In this document: positions 1 to 11,707 of the stretch, in pieces
How the letters are laid out: each line of letters begins with the position of its first letter
How positions within the stretch are numbered: the first letter of the stretch is position 1
DNA from: Octopus vulgaris
Taxonomy: Eukaryota
Length of the DNA: 64,000 nucleotides
Reading direction: 5' to 3'
Assembly: GCA_951406725.2 (NCBI GenBank)
Contig: OX597824.1
Location: 30,132,001-30,196,000 of the forward strand
Position numbers and translations under genes: made by a program
The notes under the pieces: model-generated
The model's input: only the letters and a program-made list of their open reading frames with translations
What the model was told of the DNA's origin: nothing
Databases searched by the model: none

Positions 1-357
1 GAGTTTAAAATAAATAAATAAATAAAGTAGTTTAATATGCTGAAAGCGGAGTGATGGAGATGGTGGGGTATCGGTTCACTTGATTGTAAACCTTTTCCTA
101 CTCCTCCTCCTCCTCAGTGGAGATTTGGCCTGAAAGTCTTGTAAAAAAAAATATATATAAATAAAGTATAATCAATATTTTGCTAATGATAATTTCTCAC
201 TTTTTTGAAAAATAGTTTAAAGCTAATAAATCACGTGAAAACGTTGTTCAATTTGTTGTGAATTTAAACATTTTAATTTGAACTTTAACCATAGTATTTA
301 GAGACTGTGGTTGAAAAATTATATAAGTATTTCAGTATTTTCCAAACAAACATACTG

Positions 358-615
358 GGCTATTGCCGTTTTGTCAAGCTATTCATTCCGCAAAGCTCTA
401 ACAGGGCTTGAAGTTACTCGTGCAGCAAATAGGAGTGCCATAAATTGCATCACTGATGCTGCGGAAAGGACCACAAAGTGACTTTGGATAATGGGGGCAG
501 ACGAGTGATTTGCTGTTGCTGCTGGGGTGCAATCTGGAGCTTGATCAACCCAATCTGGGTCAACTGGAAGATCCTAGAAACATCAGTGTTGATGCTTCCC
601 AGAGGATCTGTGACA
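358..615 (+). mobile_element. Hero-like (RLE clade) non-LTR retrotransposon 3' remnant
   Basis: Degenerate translation GYCRFV~FRKALTGLEVTRAANRSAINCITDAAERTTK*LWIMGADE* resembles the Hero C-terminus (GCRGF...AAERASRWLW), followed by a TGATCAACCC...CTGGGTC 3' UTR motif. Confidence 0.65.
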
Positions 616-709
616 TGTATCTTAGAACCAGAATGAAATTTAACTGAATTAGATACGCAGTTTTGTTTTGTTTAACAATTTATTGATAGCTGTAGAGCAG
701 TAGGTTGGG

Positions 710-1048
710 CCCATGATTTTCTTGAATTCAGTCCCACTGTGTGGCACCTTGGGCAAGTGTCTTCTATATAGCTTCAGGCCAACCAAAGCCTTGTGAGTGG
801 ATTTGGTAGATGGAAACTGAAAGAAGGCCATCGTATATATGTATATGTTTCTGTGTCTGTGTTTGTCCCCCCAACATCGCTTGACAATGGATGGTGGTGT
901 GTTTACATCCCTGTAACTATGCGGTTCGGCATAAGAGACAGAATAAGTACTAGGCTTACAAAGAATAAGTCCTGGGGTCGATTTGCTTGACTAAAGGCGG
1001 TGTTCCAGCATGGCTGCAGTCAAATGACCGAAACAAGTAAAAGAGTAA
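710..1048 (+). mobile_element. tRNA-derived SINE family A (CORE-like), 5'-truncated
   Basis: TTCAGTCCCACTG...CACCTTGGGCAAGTGTCTT, internal TA/TG tract, 3' end GAAACAAGTAAAAGAGT; about 20 related copies in the window. Confidence 0.85.
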
Positions 1049-1064
1049 ACCTCATTCTCCATTC

Positions 1065-1263
1065 ATATCATGTCCAAATATTGTAGCTGTTTTATGTTCA
1101 GAGCAGCCAGATCTGGCCTCTTGCACCTATCCTACAATGTCATTCTAAAAATAAACAATCCACATCATTGAAATCTCAAAGCTACTAGATAATGCATGAT
1201 TATTTCAAAACAAAGTGAATAAATAAGCATAACATTTGACAGAATAATCTGAATGCTAAAGGG
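1065..1263 (+). mobile_element. piggyBac-type MITE family 1, left end eroded
   Basis: Homologous to 1875-2095; ends ATGCTAAAGGG|TTAA. Confidence 0.75.
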
Positions 1264-1874
1264 TTAATTATGTCACTTCTTTCTGGATTCTTTTTTTCTT
1301 TCAATCTGAACATATTCCTTCCTATATACAATTTTCTTGACATCTTAATACAAAAATTGGTCCAATCCTATTAAGACATCAGAATAATGCCCTTAGTTTC
1401 TATTATTGCTTCCCATTGTGACTATTTTAGTTCTTTGGAAGATGCTTTAGATTCTTTTAGATGATGATAATGATGAAGAATATATCTTTTTCCATGTTGA
1501 TGGTGATGATGATCTTATTTTCTCTGTAAAATGGATTTCTATGCAAAGAGTACTATAAATGGATGTAAATATATTGTAAATCAAATGAAGGAGAGAGAAA
1601 TATTCAGAGATTAGCTAAAACATATTTGATGCTAAGATGGAGGTATTTCCTGTCATTTAATAAATTTAATCTAAAGGAAACAACAGTTAATTAGTAATTA
1701 GGTGCTAGAGTATTGTTATTGTTTTTTGTTTTTCTTTTATCTCTTTCGCAAGAGAGGGCCTATGAATCCTTTACTTTTTCAGAAGTACTCTGATACTAAT
1801 TATGGGAAGAAAGGAATTTATCTTAAGACAAAATACCAGGCTCAAATGCTTGCACCAGAGCAAACATTGCTTAA

Positions 1875-2095
1875 CCCTTTAGCATTCAAACCGGCCATAT
1901 CCGGCCAAAATATTTAACCTGTTTTATATTGAAACTGACCAGATCTTGCCTCTCACCTCAACCCTACCATGTCATTCTAAAACTAAAAAATCACATCACT
2001 GAAATCTCTAAACTACAAGATAATGCATGATTAATTCAAAACAATATAAACAAACAAACATCACATTTGACAGAATAATCTGAACATTAAAAGGG
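1875..2095 (+). mobile_element. piggyBac-type MITE family 1
   Basis: TTAA|CCCTTT ... AAAGGG|TTAA; TTAA target duplication with CCC/GGG termini. Confidence 0.85.
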
Positions 2096-2249
2096 TTAAA
2101 GGCATCCAAGGGTCAATACCACAAGGCATTGCATTTAATGCTGTAACAATTCTACCAGTCCACTGCCTCAGTCTGGTACATCTGTCTTCATTTATCACAG
2201 GGATTTGGGTCCTAAAAAATACAGTGATAAGTGAATCATCTCCACTCAG

Positions 2250-2345
2250 TTTGTAAATAGAATGAATAATAGATTCATTGACATCAAACTTGTAGACCAC
2301 AGCAGCAAAGCTTCTACTGTCATGTATTTTCTTGATATCTCTACC
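2250..2345 (-). mobile_element. pogo/Tigger-like transposase N-terminal HTH remnant
   Basis: Minus-strand HDSRSFAAVVYKFDVNESIIHSIYK resembles the CENP-B/psq-type S.AAV...FGVNESTIR.I.K motif. Confidence 0.5.
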
Positions 2346-2645
2346 ATTTCCTGTAGAGAACCTACTCATCTGCATCATTTGTTAGGACCATGCACTTTCA
2401 TATTTCTTCCATTCAGTGGTCTCATGTACAAGTACATAAATCTGTATAAAAAATATGCAGCCTCACAGCGCAGTGATTCAAATACAAATGGTACAGCATC
2501 CACATTCAGTAGGGGTAGCAAGTGTAGCATGAATGATGGCGGATTAAATACAAGGGCAACTGCTATGACATGTTTGCTGGCAAATACTCATTACAGCCTT
2601 CTTTTCATATGCTGATAGCCACAGTTATTCCTCCCTGTACATTCC

Positions 2646-2916
2646 CTCAGAGTTGGCACTGTCAATGCAGGCACATTGATAGATAGGTCTGGTGAGATTG
2701 TTAAGATGTTTGAAAGGAGATGTGTTGATGTGTGTTGCATCCAAGTAGTTCAGTGGAAAGGAGCTTCAGCCAGGTTTCTCACTGACAAAAGGCTTAGGTA
2801 TAAATTCTTCTGGGAGGACAACAGCAATGGGGTATGAAAGAAATATTGGCATACTTCTAGCAGAGAAATGGGTCAATGAGGTAATTGAAGTAGTCAGAGT
2901 ATGTAATAGGATATTG
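2646..2916 (+). mobile_element. RTE-clade LINE AP-endonuclease remnant
   Basis: LRVGTVNAGTLIDRSGEIVKMFERRCVDVCCIQVVQWKGASARFL...YKFFW, then stop/frameshift, then IGILLAEKWVNEVIEVVRVCNRIL. Confidence 0.85.
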
Positions 2917-3692
2917 TAATGAATCTGCTTATTTCGGTGTCTTTTACTAAACTGCTAAGCTATGGGAACGTAAACAAACCAACACTGGTTGTCAAGTAGT
3001 GGATGGGCAGACACACACACATACGCAAGAGGCTTCCACTATTGGTCAACGTAGAAGACACTTGGCCAAGGTGCTTTGTAGTAGGACTGAACCCCAAACC
3101 ACATGCTAACAAGCTTCTTAACCACTTTTTTTTTTGCTTTCATGTCAGTAGTTCATCTTCCTATCACTTTCTCCTTTTCTCTTTCTCTGTTTCCCTCCCT
3201 TATTGATTTTCTTTTTCTTTTTGCTTTCCTTTCTTATTAAGCTTCCTCTCCATCTTCACCGGCTTCTCCCACCCTTCCTTTCCCCCCAGATATCTCTCTC
3301 TCATTTCTTACCACTGCAACCGCCCTCCGCCATCATCTCTTAATGTTTATCAACAACATGTGGTAACAGTAAATTTCTCATTTGACTTGACAACACTGAT
3401 ACTGAGAGGTGGGGGTGGGGTGGCAAGAAACTCATGGATAAGGTGTCTGATTTCTCTCCATTACCAGTCCACTACTCTCTCTTCACACACACACACACAC
3501 ACACACTTTACATACATTTACTGATGCCCCTCTTTTGACCAACGCATATTCACATAAACTACACACATGTAGCTGTTACATATATACACATCTTTTTTGA
3601 TCATAGGGAATACTCTCTCTCTCTCACACACATACACACACTCACTCACACTGTTGTCCTTATATATATAATACACATACATACATCCATAC

Positions 3693-3920
3693 ATGGCGAG
3701 CTGGCAGAATCATTAGCACACTGGACAAAATGCTTGGCAGCATTTTGCCCGTCTTTAGGCTCTGAGTTCAAATTCTGCTAAGGTCGACTTTGCTTTTCAT
3801 CCTTTCAGGATTGATAAAATAAGTACCAGTTGAGCACTGGGGTTGATGTAACCAGCCTCCAACCTCCCCTACCCACAGCCCCAAACTTGCTGGCTATGTG
3901 ATGAGCTTTGAAACCAATTA
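3693..3920 (+). mobile_element. tRNA-derived SINE family B (Meta/MESC-like central domain)
   Basis: GGCGAGCTGGCAGAATC head, GAGTTCAAATTC B-box, TTTCATCCTTTC...GATAAAATAAGTACCAG core. Confidence 0.8.
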
Positions 3921-4434
3921 CATAGGCATTTAATCTCTTGACCACTCTTTCCCTCCTCCTTGTAAAACTACATGCATTGACCACTGGTCACAGGTATACT
4001 CACTCACATATTCATATTCACTTGCTCTTTCATATGGTTCATCCCTACTCCCTCTCTCCATCTCCTCCATTATCTTCTTCCTTATCTTCCTCTCCTATCT
4101 ACCACCCCCATCTTTCTCTTGTCCTCCCACTCCCTCTACTGTGATTTTCTCCCCTTTTTTGTTGCTATGACTTTCCTTCTTTCACCATGATTCCTCCCAC
4201 TATTCCCTCCATGCTCTCCCACTCTGTTCCTGCCCTTCAGTCATTTAACATACAACCCTGTATGTCATAGAAGGTGAAGGAGGAGGAGGAGGAAGAAGAA
4301 GGATAAGTGACAGTCAGTATCCCAATGAATCAGCATGGTATTCTATTCTGACAACTTCTGTCTAGTTTCATCATCTCTATCATCATTGTTACCATCATGA
4401 TCATCATCATCACCATTTGATATTTACCTGATAT

Positions 4435-4650
4435 TCTTTTATACTCTAAGCACAAGGTCCGAAATTTTTTTGGGAGGGGGCCACTCGATTAGATCAACCC
4501 CAGTATGCAACTGGTACTTAATTTATCAACCCCTAAACGATGGAAGGCAAAGTCGACCTTGGCGGAATTTGAACTCAGAACGTAAAGACAGACGAAATAC
4601 TGCTAAGCATTTCGCCCGACGTGCTAACATTTATGCCAGCTCGTCGCCCT
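4435..4650 (-). mobile_element. SINE family B
   Basis: Reverse complement of family B; inverted relative to 3693-3920. Confidence 0.85.
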
Positions 4651-5216
4651 TGACAGTACTTTATATTATTGACATAGATCACATCTGGAGGATTTGAACT
4701 TGAATCTCAAGGAAACATGATATTGCTTCTGTATAGGGACACTCTACTCTAAACCACTGCAAATCATTTCGGCTACGCTGCACCACCACATTGCACACTA
4801 TGCCAAACCATAGTATGCCGTGTTATAACTACTCTATTCCATAGTACACTACTACATCAGCAGACCCTATTCCACCACACCCTGCTACACTATATCCCAC
4901 ACTACACCTCCTTACACCAGATTATATTATTATATAACTACATAAGCCAATCTTTTAATCTTTTACTTGCTTCAGTCATTAGGCTGTGGCCATTCTGGAG
5001 TACTCTCATGAAGAATTAACCTCACTACATGTATTTTACTGTTTTCTTTTTAAAGCCTTGTACTTCTTCTGATAGAATAGGTACCAGCTTAAAAATAAAA
5101 TAAGTATTATTGAGGTTGATTCATGTGACTAGAAATTCTTCAAGGGGACGCTCCAGCATGGCCACAGTCTCAAGTAAATGATGAAAGATACAAAAGATTA
5201 CTTGAATGCTTTTGAC

Positions 5217-5616
5217 CAGGAGTGGCTGTGTGGTAAGTAGCTTGCTAACCAACCACAGGGTTCAGTCCCACTGCGTGGCATCTTGGGCAAGTGTCTTCTG
5301 CTATAGCCCCGGGCCGACCAATGCCGTGTGAGTGGATTTGGTAGGCGGAAACTGAAAGAAGCCTGTCGTATATATGTATATGTATATAAGTGTGTGTGTA
5401 TATGTTTGTGTGTCTGTGTTTGTCCCCCTAGCATTGCTTGACAACCGATGCTGGTGTGTTTACGTCCCCGTCACTTAGCGGTTCGGCAAAAGAGACCGAT
5501 AGAATAAGTACTGGGCTTACAAAGAATAAGTCCCAGGGTCGATTTGCTCGACTAAAGGTGGTGCTCCAGCATGGCCGCAGTCAAATGACTGAAACAAGTA
5601 AAAGAGAGTAAAAGAG
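5217..5616 (+). mobile_element. SINE family A, near full length
   Basis: CAGGAGTGGCTGTGTGGTAAG A-box, GGGTTCAGTCCC B-box, CpGs retained, AAAGAGT-repeat tail. Confidence 0.9.
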
Positions 5617-6124
5617 TATGGGTTTGTTCCATAAAAGTCTGACTTTTGGTTTAAATAACAGCAACTATGCTTTACATTTTTTCTACCTTTCTGCTATGTC
5701 ATATTGCGAAGTTTAACTTAGAGAATTTACAAATAATTTTCTACTCCTCCTCCCGCCTCTCTTTCACAACACATAGCTGCACATATTGATTGCACCATGG
5801 TGATGACGGTGGTGGTAGCAACAGTGGTGGTTCACGTTTTCTTTAATTGCAGTAATTCATTTGATAGATTCACAAGTTTCCACTTGTGTCTGTGTATCTT
5901 TGTGTGTTTGTGTTTGTCTCCACTACCACCAGCACCACCACCACCATTTGACAACTAGTGTCAGTTTGTTTACATCCCTGTCAGCAGCAGTTCAGCAAAA
6001 GAAACCAGTATGATAAATATGAGGCTTAAAAAAAATAATAAATGCTGGTATCGATTTGTTCAACTAAATCCATCAAAGCAGTGCCCCAGCATGGCTGCAG
6101 TCCAATGATTGAAGCAAGTATAAG

Positions 6125-6159
<35 letters not shown>

Positions 6160-6182
6160 TATACTTGCTTCAATCATTGGAC

Positions 6183-6216
<34 letters not shown>

Positions 6217-6336
6217 ATTTCAAATTAATAATAAAAGGGTAAACTAATTAATTATTAATTAATCAATCAATTAATAATGTTACCAAGTAGCTCGGAACGT
6301 TAACATAACCTTTATACGTAAAATTATACAAATATT

Positions 6337-6371
<35 letters not shown>

Positions 6372-6866
6372 GTTCCTTTTACCTGTCTTCACCTTTTGTT
6401 TTCTGTAAATATATGTGTGTGTGTGTGTATATATATATATATTCACACACACACACATGTGCTTGTATGTATGTATATATACAGGGATAAATAGATTGAT
6501 TGATACCGAGAGAGTGTATGTGTGCTAGTAGTGTATAATGTTGGGGTGGTGGTGAGAGTGATGCAATGGAGGTGCTGTTTGTAGTAGTATTCCTGGTGTA
6601 GTGTGTTGGCTTCCTTTTCTTCTACTTCCTCTTCCCTTCCCTCTCGTTCTCCTCTAGCGAGGTCCCGACCACCACTACCATCCCTTTTACTGATATCCAT
6701 AATATCTTGTTACATTGAGATATCAAACGACAATATGAGAAATAGTATTTTCTGAACTAAAACTCCAAGCTCAAGTTTCATGGCAAACTTTGCCCACCTC
6801 TGTCTCAAGGACAGCCACCAGGTGGCAGCACAGGCCACTAAACCACTGCTTGTTGTTTCTGAAATA

Positions 6867-6869
<3 letters not shown>

Positions 6870-6958
<89 letters not shown>
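6870..6958. repeat. (TA)n microsatellite
   Basis: About 88 bp of perfect TA; one of many TA/CA/CT/CAT tracts. Confidence 0.95.
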
Positions 6959-6962
<4 letters not shown>

Positions 6963-7528
6963 TTTTTTCTAGAGTGAGGTAGTACTTTACATAGACTAAA
7001 AAACTTTTCTCTATTCCACTCCTTCCAGCCATAATATCTCTCTTTCTTCTCTCACATACAACAGACTACGTCCCATAAGTAATACTGCATTTAAACATGA
7101 ATTCTTCATCGGAGAAGCTAAACAGACTTATAGTAGTACACATTTGCATGCACTCACAAACATCATGTCCCAAAAGTAAATGCTGCATTTAAACATTTAT
7201 ATATTCAGAAATCTTCCTGACTTATGGTACTTAGACACATCTTTTGTGTAATGTTGCCTTTAAGCATATTTTGTGTGTGTGTGTGTTTATTAATACATGA
7301 TTTAAAACATTTGAATATAAGGGGACATCTTATTGCTTACTCGTTTCAGTCACTGGACTGTGGCCATGCCTTGAAGGGCTTTAGCCAAGCAAACTGACTC
7401 CAGTTCTTTTTTCTTCTTAAATCTAGTACTTATTCTATTGGTCTCTTTTGCTGAACCACTAGATCACGTGGATGTAAACAAACCAACACTGGTTTTTCAA
7501 GCAATGGGTGGGTGGTAGGTGACACATG

Positions 7529-7576
<48 letters not shown>

Positions 7577-8891
7577 TACACAACAGGCTTTGTACAGTTT
7601 CCATCCACCAAATTCTCTAACTAGATGGTATAACTTGTTCTGTTATCAGTCTCAATTGATTGGCCTTCTCTTTGAATTCTGCTACTCAAATTGGCATAAA
7701 AACTATTTTTGCAATAGACTTAGCAATTCTACTTACGCATGTATGCAAATACATGCATAAATGCAACCATTCTTTACAGAATTTTACATTTATTTGCACT
7801 CTCATACACACATTTGCATAAATCCATTCATACAGTATGAATACATGCACACACATTTTGCATATGCGCATATATATATACATTCAGACACACATATTTG
7901 CAAATACACCATCCATCCCATATATACACTACTTGTTATTTCTTTTTTTCTATTAAATCAAAAATTCTAATTTTAAGATCTTTTAATAATGCAACTGTCA
8001 AATCTCCATGTATGCCTGTCTATATGATGATTGCTTCACCTTGTCAGGCAATAGCCATCTCATTAATAAGGCATCTGTACATCATTGTATGCTTGTATAA
8101 TGTGTATGCCACTCTCTATGTACCCATCCACCTTATGTGCCTACAATTCCTAGGATGGTTTTGAGGGTAGAGTTCTCAGGAACCTCCTCCACAGGGTCCT
8201 ATCAGAAGTAGACACTTCACTTCACATTGCTCCAGCTGGCAAAAATGAGTATCTGTATTTCAAAGGGACTGCCTTGTCACATTCTGTAATTGTTGAATCT
8301 CCCTAAAAACTACATACAATGTATGCTTGTCTATAGAGTGCTCAGCCACTTGCACGTTAATTTCAGGCTGTTCCATTGATCAGATAAACAGGAGCCCTTG
8401 TCATCATGACAAATAGAGTGCTAGCTGTCATTACACTTTTTGGCTAGATTCCCAAGCATGACCAACTGAGATTATAAATATTATCCAACCATCTTGTTCT
8501 TGGTCTACTCCTATATCTCCTGCTAGTTGGCTCAGCTTGAAGAAACCATCTTTCAGCATTCTGTTAGTACCAGAGTGATGACCTCTCTAAGCATCCACAG
8601 TTAAGTACCCATTAACAATAAAGAACAAGCTAACTGAACCTGATTTCAACTGCAGGTTTTTTTTTTATATCGGAGGACCTTCTAGACTTTTCCCATCAAA
8701 GAATACCCATAAGTCAACGGGGGTTTGATTATGGAGTTTTCTTCTCCAAGCAGTTTTACGGCTTGTCCAAACACAAACCTGGACATTTTCACACCTTCTC
8801 CATGATGATGATCATCATCATTATCATCATTTAACATTAATGCTCTGTGCTAGCATGGATTGGACAGTTTGACAGGATCCGATGTGTCCAA

Positions 8892-9121
8892 GGCGAGCTG
8901 GCAGAATAGTTAGCATGCCAGGCGAAATGCTTAGCAGTATTTCGTCTGCCGTTACGTTCTGAGTTCAAATTCCGCCAAGGTCGACTTTGCCTTTCATCTT
9001 TTCGGGGTCGATTAAATAAATACCAGTTACGCACTGGGTCGATGTAATTGACTTAATCCCTTTGTTTGTCCTTGTTTGTCTCCTCTATGTTTAGCCCCTT
9101 GTGGGCAATAAAGAAATAAGA
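8892..9121 (+). mobile_element. SINE family B, full length with TSD, inserted in a family D element
   Basis: Flanking direct repeat ATCCGATGTGTCCAA at 8877-8891 and 9122-9136. Confidence 0.92.
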
Positions 9122-9447
9122 ATCCGATGTGTCCAAGGACTGCATAGTGCTCTAGTGCTATGGTTCCCAACTAGGGTTCATATGGCCCTTGGGGGTCTAA
9201 GATTTTTTTGTTAAAGTTTATGAACAATAAATTGCTTATACTTCTCCAATATACCGAATATTTTAACAATTTCTTTTAAATACAATTCCTACTAATATTT
9301 AATAATATAATAAGATTCTTTAACCATTGAATGGTTATGAGGCAGCAGGAAGTGCATCCAGCCATAGTAAATTCTGCCCAGCCTATGCAAGCATGGAAAA
9401 CAGAACATTGAAAACGAAGAATGAAATGAAAAAAGAGAAAACCAGTA

Positions 9448-9478
<31 letters not shown>

Positions 9479-9574
9479 ACTCACACACACACACAAACAC
9501 CTTACATTCTTCATTCTGCTTGTTGTAAGATCATTTCCAAGTAAAATACCTGTATAGATAAAATGTAGAGATAC

Positions 9575-10190
9575 AGATGTGGCTATGTAGTAAGAAGTTT
9601 GCTTCTCAACCACTTAGTTCTAAGTTCAGTCCCACTGCATGGCACCTTGGGTAAGTGTCTTCTGCTATAGCCTCAGGCCAACCAAAGCCTGACGAGTGCA
9701 TTTGGTAGGCAGAAACTGAAAAAAAGCTCATTGTATACACACTTGCACACACACACAAACATATCGTAGGATTGTAAGGTTGTGAGTTCAGTTCACGTCA
9801 GCATGTTGTGTTCTTGAGCAAGACACTTTATTTTCACATTGCTCCAGTGCACTCAGTCGGCGAAAATGAGTAGTACCTGTATTTCAAGGGGCCAGCCTTG
9901 TCATGCTCTGTGCACTTGCATGTTAATCTCACTAGCAAGCTGTTCCTTTTATCAGATCAACTGGAACAGTTATAAGCGAGGGAGTGCCAATTTTTTATAT
10001 ATATATATATACATACACACATACATATATATATATTATATCTAATGTAGGATAAAATTTCTTTCGGAAAAAATTTTTTTTTTCCCCAAAAAATTTTATC
10101 AATGGCCAGCATATTAAAAAATACCTTTAAAGGTTAAAATTATAAACAATTCATAAATAAGGGCAAACGTTTGCCCTTATTTATGAATTG

Positions 10191-10236
<46 letters not shown>

Positions 10237-10264
10237 TATACATACATATACATATACATATACC

Positions 10265-10310
<46 letters not shown>

Positions 10311-10510
10311 TACATACATATATATGTGTGTGTGTGTGTGTGTGTATATCTTTGTGTCTGTGTTTGTTCCCCACCACCACTTGGTAACTGGCGTTGATGT
10401 GTTTACATCCCTGTAACTTAGCAGTTTAGCAAAAGAGACCTATAGAATAAGTAATTGGCAGTGCTCCAGCATGGCTACAGTCTAATGACTGAAACAAGTA
10501 AAAGATAAAA
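9575..10510 (+). mobile_element. SINE family A split by a family C fragment (about 9770-9988) and a TA-flanked fold-back insert
   Basis: Head at 9575-9740, 3' half at about 10330-10510; the inserts lie in the internal microsatellite. Confidence 0.7.
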
Positions 10511-10706
10511 TAGACAAACCAAAAGGAATCCTTCAAGATGTCTGAGGAAATCACCAATATCTTTACTTTTTGTTATTTTTCTTCTTTTTTATTATTTGAC
10601 CACCAAAATAATTAACTCTCCAAAGTGATTTTAAATGTCTCTCTCTCACTCAATCCATTGTATGATTCCATGTAATTTATGCTTGTCTTTCTCTTGTGTC
10701 TTCCAG

Positions 10707-10778
10707 AGATATTAGCAGCAATAAGATTACACATATTAATGAATCAGTGTTTAGCCATTTGCCTAACCTCAAAGAGCT
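10707..10778 (+). CDS. LRIG: LRIG-like (leucine-rich repeats and Ig-like domains) gene, internal LRR exon A
   Basis: Polypyrimidine tract plus ttccag| acceptor and |gtaagt donor; 72 bp, phase 2/2; reads (x)DISSNKITHINESVFSHLPNLKE(L), one 24-aa LRR. Confidence 0.92.
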
Positions 10779-11006
10779 GTAAGTATATTTTTTCATCTTT
10801 CATGTAATTTCATAATTTCAATCCTTTTCATTTTGTTGCTTTGTTGCTGAATGTATTGCGACTGTTGTTGTATGCATGTGTCCCTGTGTTCATAAACAGC
10901 TAAATTAGCCCTGTTTATAAAGTTATACATATATATCATATCATACCTTGATACTGTGAGGCTGAGGTCCATTTGACAGGCTCCTAATCTTTAAAATACA
11001 GCTTAA

Positions 11007-11203
11007 CCCTTTCGTTACTGTATTTATTTTGAGATGCTCTGTGTTTCTTTCAAAGAATTTAGTAAAATAACTTAAGTTATCATTCAGCTAGTGTTAGGAA
11101 CATAAATTGTGACTAAGGTTTGGTGGCATATTTTGATGCAAAACTTATGAAAACAAGACATTTGTACTCGGAGCCGGTTTCAGCCAGGTTGGTAACGAAA
11201 GGG
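11007..11203 (+). mobile_element. piggyBac-type MITE family 2
   Basis: TTAA|CCCTTTCGTTAC ... GTAACGAAAGGG|TTAA; perfect 12-bp TIR. Confidence 0.9.
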
Positions 11204-11459
11204 TTAATACTTATGGTATGCAAATTGGCAGCTCAAGTTTTCTGTAGTTATAGTAATTGTTGAGTATATAAACAAATTTGCTGCTTGTTTCTCTGGGATT
11301 GGTCAAATTGATATCAATGCCTCTGATGAGAATCCAATAAGATTCAAAAAGTGATCGCAGTTGTTCATTTTTTATCAATCTGCAGAGAAACAGCTAAATT
11401 AGCCTGGTTTGTAAAGACACTATACAGGTTATATATATATATAGATATATATATTGGAG

Positions 11460-11707
11460 GGTCATTTGCCAATATGCACCAATCCGACCGTGGCCGATGC
11501 CAGCCTTGCCTGGCACCAGTGCAAGTGGCACGTAAAAAGCACCCACTACACTCACGGAGTGGTTGGTGTTAGGAAGGGCATCCAGCTGTAGAAACTTTGC
11601 CAGATAAGACCGGAGCCTGGTGCAGCCTTCTGGCTTCCCAGATCCCCGGTCGAACCATCCAACCCATGCTAGCATGGAGAACGGACGTTAAACGATGATG
11701 ATGATGA
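11460..11707 (+). mobile_element. Retroposon family D with (GAT)n tail
   Basis: GGTTGGTGTTAGGAAGGGCATCCAGCTGTAGAAAC...GGACGTTAAAC(GAT)n; about 10 related copies in the window. Confidence 0.8.

Noticed and set aside
7069-7240. About 97-bp diverged tandem duplication (GTCCCA.AAGTAA..CTGCATTTAAACAT twice)
   Set aside because: Real but ordinary two-copy local duplication with no further signal.
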